A stretch of DNA of 64,000 bases from Longimicrobiales bacterium (GTDB lineage Bacteria > Gemmatimonadota > Gemmatimonadetes > Longimicrobiales > Gaopeijiaceae), in the NCBI GenBank assembly GCA_965198065.1, contig CBDAON010000004.1:2304001-2368000 (forward strand), in the 5' to 3' direction. Of the stretch, positions 30,315 through 40,100 are shown in pieces (the stretch's first letter is position 1; the number at the start of each line of letters is the position of its first letter). Made by a program: the position numbers and the translations under genes. A model generated the notes under the pieces. That model ran no database searches. It saw nothing but the letters and a program-made list of their open reading frames with translations, and was not told the origin of the DNA.

Positions 30315-31212
30315 CTATGTTAGTCCCAGCACCTGTGGAGGGCGGTGAAGGACGGGCATCCTCAGGAACCAGGGCGACGGCTTAATCGCCTCAGGGGCCG
30401 GGGGAAAGCCGCCGCAGGCGCTGTGGGGTCGGACGGTATCGTACTCGCGCCTCCATTGCTCGACCAGCACGGCCGCCTCCGCCAACGAGCAGAAGATCTC
30501 CCCGTTCAACAGCTCGTCCCTGAGCTTGCCGTTGAAGCTCTCGTTGTAGCCGTTCTCCCACGGGCTGCCCGGCTCGATAAAGAGCGTCTCGACGCCCACG
30601 CGCCCCAACCACCGCCGCACGGGCTTCGCGGTGAACTCCGGTCCGTTGTCCGACCTCAGATACTCGGGAGGGCCCGTGTCGGACGAACAGATCGTCCAGC
30701 ACCTCGAGCACGTCGTGCGAGCGGATCTTGCGAGCCACCACGATCGCCAGGCACTCCCTCGTGTGCTCGTCCAGCACTGTCAGCAGCTTCAGCGCACGCC
30801 CGTCGTGCGTCCTCGAGGCCACGAAGTCGTACGACCAGACGTGGCCCCGATACAGCGGCCTCAGCCGGATGCACGATCCGTCGTTGAGCCACAGCCGACC
30901 TCGCTTCGGCTGCCGCTCCGGGACCTTCAGCCCCTCCTGCCTCCAGATCCGCTCCACCCGCTTGTGCTTCACCCCCCAGCCCTCGATGCGGAGCGTGTCC
31001 GTGACGCGTCGCTAGCCGTAGCGGCCGAATCGACTCGCGAGTCGCACGATATCACCTCGGAGCGCCCCCTCGTCACTCGCCACTTTCCTCGCCCCGCGCT
31101 GGGTCGTGCGTGGCTGCCCGAGCACCCGGCACGCTCTCCTCTCCGACGCCCCGAGCTGCTGACGTACACGCACCACACAACGTCGTCGGCCCTCGGGGCT
31201 CAGAAGTTTCCC
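30315..31212 (-). pseudogene. IS3 transposase OrfB (DDE), disrupted
   Basis: SERRACR, RYG*RR (TAG at 31014-12), VWSYDF, frameshift near 30672 before SDNGPEF, PGSPWENGYNESFNGKLRDE. Confidence 0.85.
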
Positions 31213-31478
31213 TTGGCCGCTTCCTCCACGATCAGCTTGTCCAGTGTCAAGTCCGCCACTGCTCGCTTCAGGCGCCCGTTCTCGCGCTCGAGCTCCTTCA
31301 GGCGCCGTGCCTGGCTCACCTTCATCCCGCCGTACTCCCGCCTCCACCGGTAGTACGTCTGCTCGGTGATGCCGAGCTCCCCCCTGATCAGCTTCACGGA
31401 TTTGCCGCCGGCCAGACCGACCTCTGCCTCCCGCACTGCAGTGATGATCTGCTCCGGAGTGTGTCGCTTCCTTCCCAT
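31200..31478 (-). CDS. IS3 transposase OrfA (HTH)
   Basis: MGRKRHTPEQII..TYYRWRREYGG..LKELERENGRLKRAVADL; G-GGA-AAC -1 slippery heptamer at 31212-31206. Confidence 0.88.
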   Translation of the reverse strand: MGRKRHTPEQIITAVREAEVGLAGGKSVKLIRGELGITEQTYYRWRREYGGMKVSQARRLKELERENGRLKRAVADLTLDKLIVEEAAKGNF

Positions 31479-31847
31479 CCTGACCTCCTCGCTGAAAAGC
31501 TTCGGACCAGGTCGATCCTAACATTGCACCTGGTCTCGTTTCAGCGGGTCAGGTCATTTCAGGGGGTCAGGTCAACCGAACCGTAATTATAGTGTGACCG
31601 TAAGTACCTAGAACGTCGTACTAATCGTGAAGAATTGTAGACTGGACCTCCATACTTGATTGCGAATAAGCTCTTAGTAATCCTGATGGCATTCGTAAGG
31701 CTTGACACGACTCTTAGTACGGTCCCAAGTTGGTCGCATATCAGCCACGCACCTGACGCACTTCCGCACCTAACGAGGTTCAGGAAGGGTGCAGGTGCGG
31801 TGTACTGGGATAGTAAAGTAATGATTCCGAAGAGAGGAGGAGAGGCG

Positions 31848-34800
31848 ATGAGATCGCAACCGCATGTTTGGAGGAGGGGCGCGCTCATAGCGCTGCTGCT
31901 GGGCTGGGCATCGCAAGCAGGCGCGCAGCAGACGGGAACCGTGACGGGACGGGTACTCGATGAGACGGGGTCACCGCTACCGGTGGTGCAGGTCACGATC
32001 ACGGATCTGAGCGTCGGGGTTCTGTCGCAGCAGAACGGTACGTACACGCTGCAAAACGTGCCGGTGGGCACGCACGCGCTGACGGCGCAGCGTCTGGGCT
32101 ACCGCGTGGTAACCCAGAACGTGACGGTGACGGCAGGCGGAGCCGCGACGGCGGACTTCGAGCTAGGGCAGATCGCGCTGGCGCTGGACGCGGTGGTGGT
32201 GACGGGAACGGCGGGGGGCACGCAGCGTCGAGCGATCGGGAACGTGGTAACGCAGGTGCAGGCGGCGGCGGTCACGGAGTCAATGCCGGTCACGAACATG
32301 GTCGAAATGCTGGGAGGCCGTGCGCCGGGGCTCCAGTTCCAGCGAACCACGGGAGTGGTGGGCGAGGGCTCGGCGATCCGGATTCGCGGCGTCGGGAGTG
32401 TGACGCTGGGCTCGCACCCGCTCATCTTCATTGACGGGATCCGGGCCGACAATCGAACGAACGCTGGCCCCAATGGGTCCTCGGCGAGCGCGCTGGACGA
32501 CATCAATGCGAACGACATCGAGAGCATCGAGATCATCAAGGGCCCGGCCGCCGCGACGCTCTACGGCACCGAGGCCTCGGAGGGCGTGATCCAGATCATC
32601 ACGAAGCGGGGCGCGCAGGGAGCGCCGCAGTTCGACTTCGCGGTGCACCAGGGGATCCGCTTCATGCGGGACCCGGCCGGGCAGATCGGCACGCTTTTCG
32701 GGTGCCGTTCGACATCCAGCCCGCCGTGCCCGGTGGCAGACATCTTCGAGTACAACCCGGTGGACGAGGCGAAATGGTACATCGACAGGATCCACGGCCC
32801 CTTGGGGACCTCCGGTATCTACCCAGGCGGGCAGACCGAGTGGAACGAATGGCCGTGCGACCAGCTGTTCTGCAACGGTCACCTGGAGACCTACACGCTG
32901 AGCATCCGGGGCGGCACGGATAACCTGCGCTACTTCGTCTCGGGCGAGTTCCTGGGCGACGAAGGGGTGGTCCCCTGGAACTGGCAAGATCGGACGAACG
33001 TGCGGGTGAACCTGAACATGCTGCTCACGCCCAACCTGTCGCTGGACGTCTCCACGGGGTACGTCAGCGGCTACACGCGGTTCGCCGATACCCCAAGCGA
33101 GGGCGATGTCTTCGACGACATGCAGTGGGGCAAGGGCTACTGCCTCATACGGATCAACCCGGACGCCTGCACGCGTCAGGGCGGATTCCAGGAACGCAGC
33201 CCGGGGGACATGTGGTCCATAGAGAACACCCGCGAGTGGGACCGCTTCATCGGGAGCTTCACGGCCCAGCACATCTTCCGGGAATTCCTGACCCAACGCT
33301 TCATCTTCGGGATCGACAACACCTGGGAGATCAACCGCAACTACTTCCCCCTGGATCCGGTCTCGCCGCCCTACCGGAACGCGCAGGCTGGGGCGATCCG
33401 CTACGACCGGCCGAACGTCTCGAACATAACGCTGGACTACGCGGCCAGCGCCCGGACGCAGCTGAACGACGCCTTCAGCCTTAACACGTCGGTCGGGGTG
33501 CAGTACTACGAGCATCTGACGGAGACCTTCCGGAACGAGGGACGCGGCTTCGCGCTCCCGGTGCAGACCACGGTCAACCAGACGCCGGTCTCCTCGCTCT
33601 CGGTCGTCTACACGTACGTGCAGAACAAGTCGCTCGGCGCGTACATCCAGGAAGAGATCGGCTGGAACGACAGGGCGTTCCTCACGGTGGCCGTGCGCGC
33701 GGACGACAACTCGGCGTTCGGCGCCAACCTCGACGCCCAGTACTACCCGAAGGTGTCGGCGACGTGGGTGATCTCGGAGGAGCCGTTCTGGAACATCCCG
33801 CTGGTGAACACGCTGAGGCTTCGCTCGGCGATGGGTCAGGCGGGTCGCCAGCCGAACACGTTTGCCGGGCAGACGACCTGGCAATCGTATACGGGGCCGG
33901 GTGGAGCGGGTGCGGTTCGCCCGCTGTCGCCGGGCAATCCCGGCATCGGCCCGGAGGTGAGCACCGAGATCGAAGCGGGCTTCGACATCGCGATCCTGAA
34001 CGACCGCATCTCCGGCGAGTTCACCTACTTCCAGCGGACGACCAAGGACGCGCTCTTGAACGCGCCATTCGCGCCGAGTTCCGCAGGAGTCTCGCCGACC
34101 GCACGAGGTGTTTCTTTGACTCCCCTTCCTTCGGGTCCTTCGGGCACGGACGCCCGTGACCTGCGGCGGATGGATACCTGGGGAGGTCCTTCTTTCGGTT
34201 CCCTTCCTCCGACCTTGGCAGCCAGTCACCCGCCGCCGGGCACGACGATCGCCCGTAACCTGGGGCAGATCGACAACTGGGGCTGGGAGGCGAGCGTGAA
34301 CGCGCGCCTGATGGACCGGCAGAACGTGTCGCTCGACCTGACCGTGAACACCGACCACATCGGCAACGAGATCAAGGACCTCGGGGACTTCCCGGGGACC
34401 ACGAGCATCCAGGTCGGCTTCCCCTACCCCAACGACCAAACTCGTTACCGTGTCGTGAGCTGGAGTGACGAGCTCGACGAGTTCGGCCTGCCCGTAGAGG
34501 TCTTGTGCGAAGCTGGGACCGGGCCCGACAACCTCCGCCCGGGCGGCGAAATCGTGAACTGTAACGACGTGCGAGGCCGGCGGATGTTGCTCGGCCCCTC
34601 ATACTACACGTACACGTTCAGCCTCGTGCCGACGCTCACGCTCTACAACAACCTCCGGATCTTCGCCGTGGCGCAGGGCATGTACGGCAAGACGGGGAGC
34701 GAGTCGCAGGTGGGCTGGGGCCAACGCTACAACAACGGTTACTGCTCTCAGGCGCTGGGTGGGGATCCGGCCTGCATCGAGTGGCTGGTGCGTAACTGGG

Positions 34801-35096
34801 ACGGCGAGTTCCCGGATGACCGGCATCAGGACGACTTCGACGCGGACTTCTGGAAGCTCCGGGAAGTCGGGGTCCAGTACGATCTGCCGCAGGCCTGGAT
34901 CCAGAGAACCGGCGCGAGCCGGGCATCGCTGGGCTTCGCGGCCCGGGAGATTGGGACCATCTGGCGGGCGCAGGATACCGTTGGTGACACCAAGGCCGGG
35001 GCGCCCGGAAGGCACATCCCGGACTCGGAGTCCGACGGGCTCTACAAGCTGCCGGGGATCGCATCGTTGACCGCCACCATGAGGGTCACCTTCTAA
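31848..35096 (+). CDS. SusC/RagA-like TonB-dependent outer membrane receptor, copy 1
   Basis: Signal peptide, carboxypeptidase-regulatory-like N-domain, VVVTG, plug motif DIESIEIIKGPAAATLYG, C-terminal Phe; followed by a SusD-like gene. Confidence 0.9.
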   Translation: MRSQPHVWRRGALIALLLGWASQAGAQQTGTVTGRVLDETGSPLPVVQVTITDLSVGVLSQQNGTYTLQNVPVGTHALTAQRLGYRVVTQNVTVTAGGAATADFELGQIALALDAVVVTGTAGGTQRRAIGNVVTQVQAAAVTESMPVTNMVEMLGGRAPGLQFQRTTGVVGEGSAIRIRGVGSVTLGSHPLIFIDGIRADNRTNAGPNGSSASALDDINANDIESIEIIKGPAAATLYGTEASEGVIQIITKRGAQGAPQFDFAVHQGIRFMRDPAGQIGTLFGCRSTSSPPCPVADIFEYNPVDEAKWYIDRIHGPLGTSGIYPGGQTEWNEWPCDQLFCNGHLETYTLSIRGGTDNLRYFVSGEFLGDEGVVPWNWQDRTNVRVNLNMLLTPNLSLDVSTGYVSGYTRFADTPSEGDVFDDMQWGKGYCLIRINPDACTRQGGFQERSPGDMWSIENTREWDRFIGSFTAQHIFREFLTQRFIFGIDNTWEINRNYFPLDPVSPPYRNAQAGAIRYDRPNVSNITLDYAASARTQLNDAFSLNTSVGVQYYEHLTETFRNEGRGFALPVQTTVNQTPVSSLSVVYTYVQNKSLGAYIQEEIGWNDRAFLTVAVRADDNSAFGANLDAQYYPKVSATWVISEEPFWNIPLVNTLRLRSAMGQAGRQPNTFAGQTTWQSYTGPGGAGAVRPLSPGNPGIGPEVSTEIEAGFDIAILNDRISGEFTYFQRTTKDALLNAPFAPSSAGVSPTARGVSLTPLPSGPSGTDARDLRRMDTWGGPSFGSLPPTLAASHPPPGTTIARNLGQIDNWGWEASVNARLMDRQNVSLDLTVNTDHIGNEIKDLGDFPGTTSIQVGFPYPNDQTRYRVVSWSDELDEFGLPVEVLCEAGTGPDNLRPGGEIVNCNDVRGRRMLLGPSYYTYTFSLVPTLTLYNNLRIFAVAQGMYGKTGSESQVGWGQRYNNGYCSQALGGDPACIEWLVRNWDGEFPDDRHQDDFDADFWKLREVGVQYDLPQAWIQRTGASRASLGFAAREIGTIWRAQDTVGDTKAGAPGRHIPDSESDGLYKLPGIASLTATMRVTF

Positions 35097-35128
35097 ACGC
35101 CATCGGAGTAACCGAGATCGGCGACGTC

Positions 35129-35170
35129 ATCGGCGGCACGGGGCCAGCAGCAACGCCCTGTGCCGCCGAT
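35129..35170 (+). other. Intergenic hairpin between susC and susD (second copy at 40379-40415)
   Basis: ATCGGCGGCACGGG...CCCTGTGCCGCCGAT inverted repeat; stem kept and loop changed in copy 2. Confidence 0.7.
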
Positions 35171-35200
35171 TGGCGCTCCGCGAGATCAAGAGGAACCAAC

Positions 35201-36721
35201 ATGCGCAAGAACACAAACGTTAGAACTAGGCAGAGAGGAGGGGCGCTCCGGGGCCTGATCCTCACGCTCTCCCTCGGCGCTCTGGGCGCGCTCACCGCCT
35301 GCGATCTCGACTCACTGCTCGAGGTGGAGGCTCCCGACCAGATCACCGCAGGCGCCCTCGAGGACTCGGGCGCGGCCGGCCTGCTCGTCAACTCGATCAT
35401 CGCGCACTTCGAGTGCGGCTATTCGGGCTTCCTGTACGACGAGGCCGGCAAGTCCGATACGTTCGATCGCATTGCCGGGGCCGGCGCGGGCGGAGGTTCG
35501 GAGGGCTACGGCAACAGCACGGTGAGCACCGCAATAGGATTGTGTTCTGGCCCTGGCATCGGATACACCTGGGCAGGATCCATCCAGCTCGCACGCGGCA
35601 TGGGGATGCGCACCTACGAGGACCTGACGGGCTGGACAGACCAGCAAGTCGCGGGTGACCGGGAGAAGCTCCAGGCGACCGCGGCGCTCTACGCTGGGGC
35701 GGCCCTGGGCCTCTTTGGCGAGTTCTTCTGTGAGACCGCCATCGACATTGGGCCCCTCATGACCCAGGACGAGACGCTCGCCCTGGCCGAGGAGTGGATC
35801 AACACGGCCCTCGGCCACATCGCCAACACCGGCGACTTCGAGCTCGAGCACGGCGCGACGACCAGCATCGAGACCCTGGCCTACGGGCTTCGCGCCCGTA
35901 TCCGCTGGGCTCGAGGGACTCCAGGGTCCACCTTCTGGGACGGCGCCCGGGCCGACGCGCTTCGCGTGCCTCAGGGCTACACGGCCTGGGTGGTCCGGGA
36001 GAACAGCCCCACGCGGCAAAACAAGGTCTACGAGGTCGCAACCGACATCGGCGTTTCGGTCGTGATGGGACCCTTCACCCACTGGGTGGGGCCGCCCAAT
36101 CCGGTGACCGGCCTGACCTGGCCCAACCCCATCCCCTTCACCGGATACCTTGATCTCGGCATCATGCCCGACGGCCGCGTCATCAGCGAGGACCAATACC
36201 CCATCACGACGACCGGCTCTCCGGGCGCTATCCCGGATCCTCGCGTCGTCACCCGGATCCAGAAGATCCAGGGGCCCGACCCCGGGCCGGTACCGGTCAA
36301 GTATACGGCCCCCGACGACGACATGCCCTTCGTCAGCTGGAACGACATGTGGCTCATCCGTGCCGAGATCGACGGCGGCCAGGCGGCCATCGACCTGGTC
36401 AACGAGCTTCGGGTCGCGCGTGGGTTGCCCATCGTCACGTACGCCAATCCGGCCGACGCCGATCAGATCCTGGACATGATCATCGAGGAGCGCCGCCGCG
36501 ACCTGTGGCTCGAGGGCCGCTTCTGGGGCACCAAGATCCAGCACACCGACCGCCTCTGGTTCCCGCGCTCTTTCGGCTCTTCGCTGTTCCAGGGCTTCCC
36601 CTACTACGGGGCCGTCACCCTGATCATGGCTGAAAACGAGTACGAGCTGAACCCCAACTTAAGCCTCGCCGACCGCGCCACCGGGTGCGTTGACTCCAAG
36701 ATGCCCACGGTGGTCGACTGA
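35201..36721 (+). CDS. SusD/RagB-like lipoprotein
   Basis: Lipobox LTAC, LIRAE, VNELR, IIEERRRDLWLEGRFW SusD C-terminal motif. Confidence 0.88.
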   Translation: MRKNTNVRTRQRGGALRGLILTLSLGALGALTACDLDSLLEVEAPDQITAGALEDSGAAGLLVNSIIAHFECGYSGFLYDEAGKSDTFDRIAGAGAGGGSEGYGNSTVSTAIGLCSGPGIGYTWAGSIQLARGMGMRTYEDLTGWTDQQVAGDREKLQATAALYAGAALGLFGEFFCETAIDIGPLMTQDETLALAEEWINTALGHIANTGDFELEHGATTSIETLAYGLRARIRWARGTPGSTFWDGARADALRVPQGYTAWVVRENSPTRQNKVYEVATDIGVSVVMGPFTHWVGPPNPVTGLTWPNPIPFTGYLDLGIMPDGRVISEDQYPITTTGSPGAIPDPRVVTRIQKIQGPDPGPVPVKYTAPDDDMPFVSWNDMWLIRAEIDGGQAAIDLVNELRVARGLPIVTYANPADADQILDMIIEERRRDLWLEGRFWGTKIQHTDRLWFPRSFGSSLFQGFPYYGAVTLIMAENEYELNPNLSLADRATGCVDSKMPTVVD

Positions 36722-36762
36722 GCTCAGCAGGGGGCTAGAGGAAAAGAGTCGAACTGAACGGC

Positions 36763-36800
36763 CGACGGGCCCGTGCGACCAGCGTCGCGCGGGCCCGTCG
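36763..36800 (+). terminator. GC-rich hairpin after susD (terminator or stabiliser; second copy at 40730-40771)
   Basis: CGACGGGCCCGTGCGAC-CAGC-GTCGCGCGGGCCCGTCG; only a weak U-tail. Confidence 0.6.
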
Positions 36801-37106
36801 CTTATGGGGGCGATCCCCCCGCCTCTCTCTTCTGCCCGCCTGGCGGTCATTCGCCTCGTTCAAATGATGATGCTGATCGGGAATTGATATCCGCATTACT
36901 ACTGTTATATATTAGGTACCTTAGATGAAGACGACTTAGCATCAATTGTACACACATCCTCGTAGATAGAGTGTGGACGTCTGATGATGACTCTTGACAT
37001 TCCTCATCGTAGAGTAGCAGTTTCTGCCGATGACCAACCTTAGGGCGACCGCAGTTTAGCTTCGGAGCGTAGGTCTGTTCACTCGGCGAGATGAGGAGGA
37101 GAGGCG

Positions 37107-40100
37107 ATGAGATCGCAACCGCATGTTTGGAGGAGGGGCGCGCTCATAGCGCTGCTGCTGGGCTGGGCATCGCAAGCAGGCGCGCAGCAGACGGGAACCG
37201 TGACGGGACGGGTACTCGATGAGACGGGGTCACCGCTACCGGTGGTGCAGGTCACGATCACGGATCTGAGCGTCGGGGTTCTGTCGCAGCAGAACGGTAC
37301 GTACACGCTGCAAAACGTGCCGGTGGGCACGCACGCGCTGACGGCGCAGCGTCTGGGCTACCGCGTGGTAACCCAGAACGTGACGGTGACGGCAGGCGGA
37401 GCCGCGACGGCGGACTTCGAGCTAGGGCAGATCGCGCTGGCGCTGGACGCGGTGGTGGTGACGGGAACGGCGGGGGGCACGCAGCGTCGAGCGATCGGGA
37501 ACGTGGTAACGCAGGTGCAGGCGGCGGCGGTCACGGAGTCAATGCCGGTCACGAACATGGTCGAAATGCTGGGAGGCCGTGCGCCGGGGCTCCAGTTCCA
37601 GCGAACCACGGGAGTGGTGGGCGAGGGCTCGGCGATCCGGATTCGCGGCGTCGGGAGTGTGACGCTGGGCTCGCACCCGCTCATCTTCATTGACGGGATC
37701 CGGGCCGACAATCGAACGAACGCTGGCCCCAATGGGTCCTCGGCGAGCGCGCTGGACGACATCAATGCGAACGACATCGAGAGCATCGAGATCATCAAGG
37801 GCCCGGCCGCCGCGACGCTCTACGGCACCGAGGCCTCGGAGGGCGTGATCCAGATCATCACGAAGCGGGGCGCGCAGGGAGCGCCGCAGTTCGACTTCGC
37901 GGTGCACCAGGGGATCCGCTTCATGCGGGACCCGGCCGGAAATATCGGCACGCTTTTCGGGTGCCGTTCGACATCCAGCCCGCCGTGCCCGGTGGCAGAC
38001 ATCTTCGAGTACAACCCGGTGGACGAGGCGAAATGGTACATCGACAGGATCCACGGCCCCTTGGGGACCTCCGGTATCTACCCAGGCGGGCAGACCGAGT
38101 GGAACGAATGGCCGTGCGACCAGCTGTTCTGCAACGGTCACCTGGAGACCTACACGCTGAGCATCCGGGGCGGCACGGATAACCTGCGCTACTTCGTCTC
38201 GGGCGAGTTCCTGGGCGACGAAGGGGTGGTCCCCTGGAACTGGCAAGATCGGACGAACGTGCGGGTGAACCTGAACATGCTGCTCACGCCCAACCTGTCG
38301 CTGGACGTCTCCACGGGGTACGTCAGCGGCTACACGCGGTTCGCCGATACCCCAAGCGAGGGCGATGTCTTCGACGACATGCAGTGGGGCAAGGGCTACT
38401 GCCTCATACGGATCAACCCGGACGCCTGCACGCGTCAGGGCGGATTCCAGGAACGCAGCCCGGGGGACATGTGGTCCATAGAGAACACCCGCGAGTGGGA
38501 CCGCTTCATCGGGAGCTTCACGGCCCAGCACATCTTCCGGGAATTCCTGACCCAACGCTTCATCTTCGGGATCGACAACACCTGGGAGATCAACCGCAAC
38601 TACTTCCCCCTGGATCCGGTCTCGCCGCCCTACCGGAACGCGCAGGCTGGGGCGATCCGCTACGACCGGCCGAACGTCTCGAACATAACGCTGGACTACG
38701 CGGCCAGCGCCCGGACGCAGCTGAACGACGCCTTCAGCCTTAACACGTCGGTCGGGGTGCAGTACTACGAGCATCTGACGGAGACCTTCCGGAACGAGGG
38801 ACGCGGCTTCGCGCTCCCGGTGCAGACCACGGTCAACCAGACGCCGGTCTCCTCGCTCTCGGTCGTCTACACGTACGTGCAGAACAAGTCGCTCGGCGCG
38901 TACATCCAGGAAGAGATCGGCTGGAACGACAGGGCGTTCCTCACGGTGGCCGTGCGCGCGGACGACAACTCGGCGTTCGGCGCCAACCTCGACGCCCAGT
39001 ACTACCCGAAGGTGTCGGCGACGTGGGTGATCTCGGAGGAGCCGTTCTGGAACATCCCGCTGGTGAACACGCTGAGGCTTCGCTCGGCGATGGGTCAGGC
39101 GGGTCGCCAGCCGAACACGTTTGCCGGGCAGACGACCTGGCAATCGTATACGGGGCCGGGTGGAGCGGGTGCGGTTCGCCCGCTGTCGCCGGGCAATCCC
39201 GGCATCGGCCCGGAGGTGAGCACCGAGATCGAAGCGGGCTTCGACATCGCGATCCTGAACGACCGCATCTCCGGCGAGTTCACCTACTTCCAGCGGACGA
39301 CCAAGGACGCGCTCTTGAACGCGCCATTCGCGCCGAGTTCCGCAGGAGTGGCGCCGACCGCACGAGGTGTTTCTTTGACTCCCCTTCCTTCGGGTCCTTC
39401 GGGCACGGACGCCCGTGACCTGCGGCGGATGGATACCTGGGGAGGTCCTTCTTTCGGTTCCCTTCCTCCGACCTTGGCAGCCAGTCACCCGCCGCCGGGC
39501 ACGACGATCGCCCGTAACCTGGGGCAGATCGACAACTGGGGCTGGGAGGCGAGCGTGAACGCGCGCCTGATGGACCGGCAGAACGTGACGTTCGACCTGA
39601 CCGTGAACGCCGACCACATCGGCAACGAGATCAAGGACCTCGGGGACTTCCCGGGGACCTCGGCCATCCAGGTCGGCTTCCCCTACCCCAACGAGGTGAA
39701 CTACTTCAACGTGGTCGGTTGGAGCGAAGAGTTCGACGAGTTCGGCGAGCCCCTAGAGGTCTACTGCGACGCCGGGACCGGGACCAACAACCTCTTCGTG
39801 GGCGGCGAGACCGTGAACTGTGACACGGTGCGAGGCGCCCGGCCCCTCGTCGGCCCCTCATACTACACGTACACGTTCAGCGTCGTGCCGACGCTCACGC
39901 TCTACAACAACCTCCGGATCTTCGCCGTGGCGCAGGGCATGTACGGCAAGATCGGCGACGAGTCCCAGGTCTCCTGGGGTTTCCGCTACAACAACGGCTA
40001 CTGCACCCAGGCCCTGGGCGGGGATCCGGCCTGCACGGAGTGGCTCGTGCGTAACCGGGACGGAATGTTCCGGGACGTCCGGATGCAGAACACGTTCAAG

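Larger units (their letters stand above)
30286..31574 (-). mobile_element. IS3-family insertion sequence (inactivated)
   Basis: Imperfect TIRs TGACCTGCCCCGAAG..ATGTTAG and TGACCTGACCCGCTG..ATGTTAG; ACCG direct repeats at 30282-85 and 31575-78; orfA/orfB layout. Confidence 0.9.

Noticed and set aside
31656..31847. Longer N-terminus for susC copy 1
   Set aside because: The RBS and identity with copy 2 place the start at 31848.
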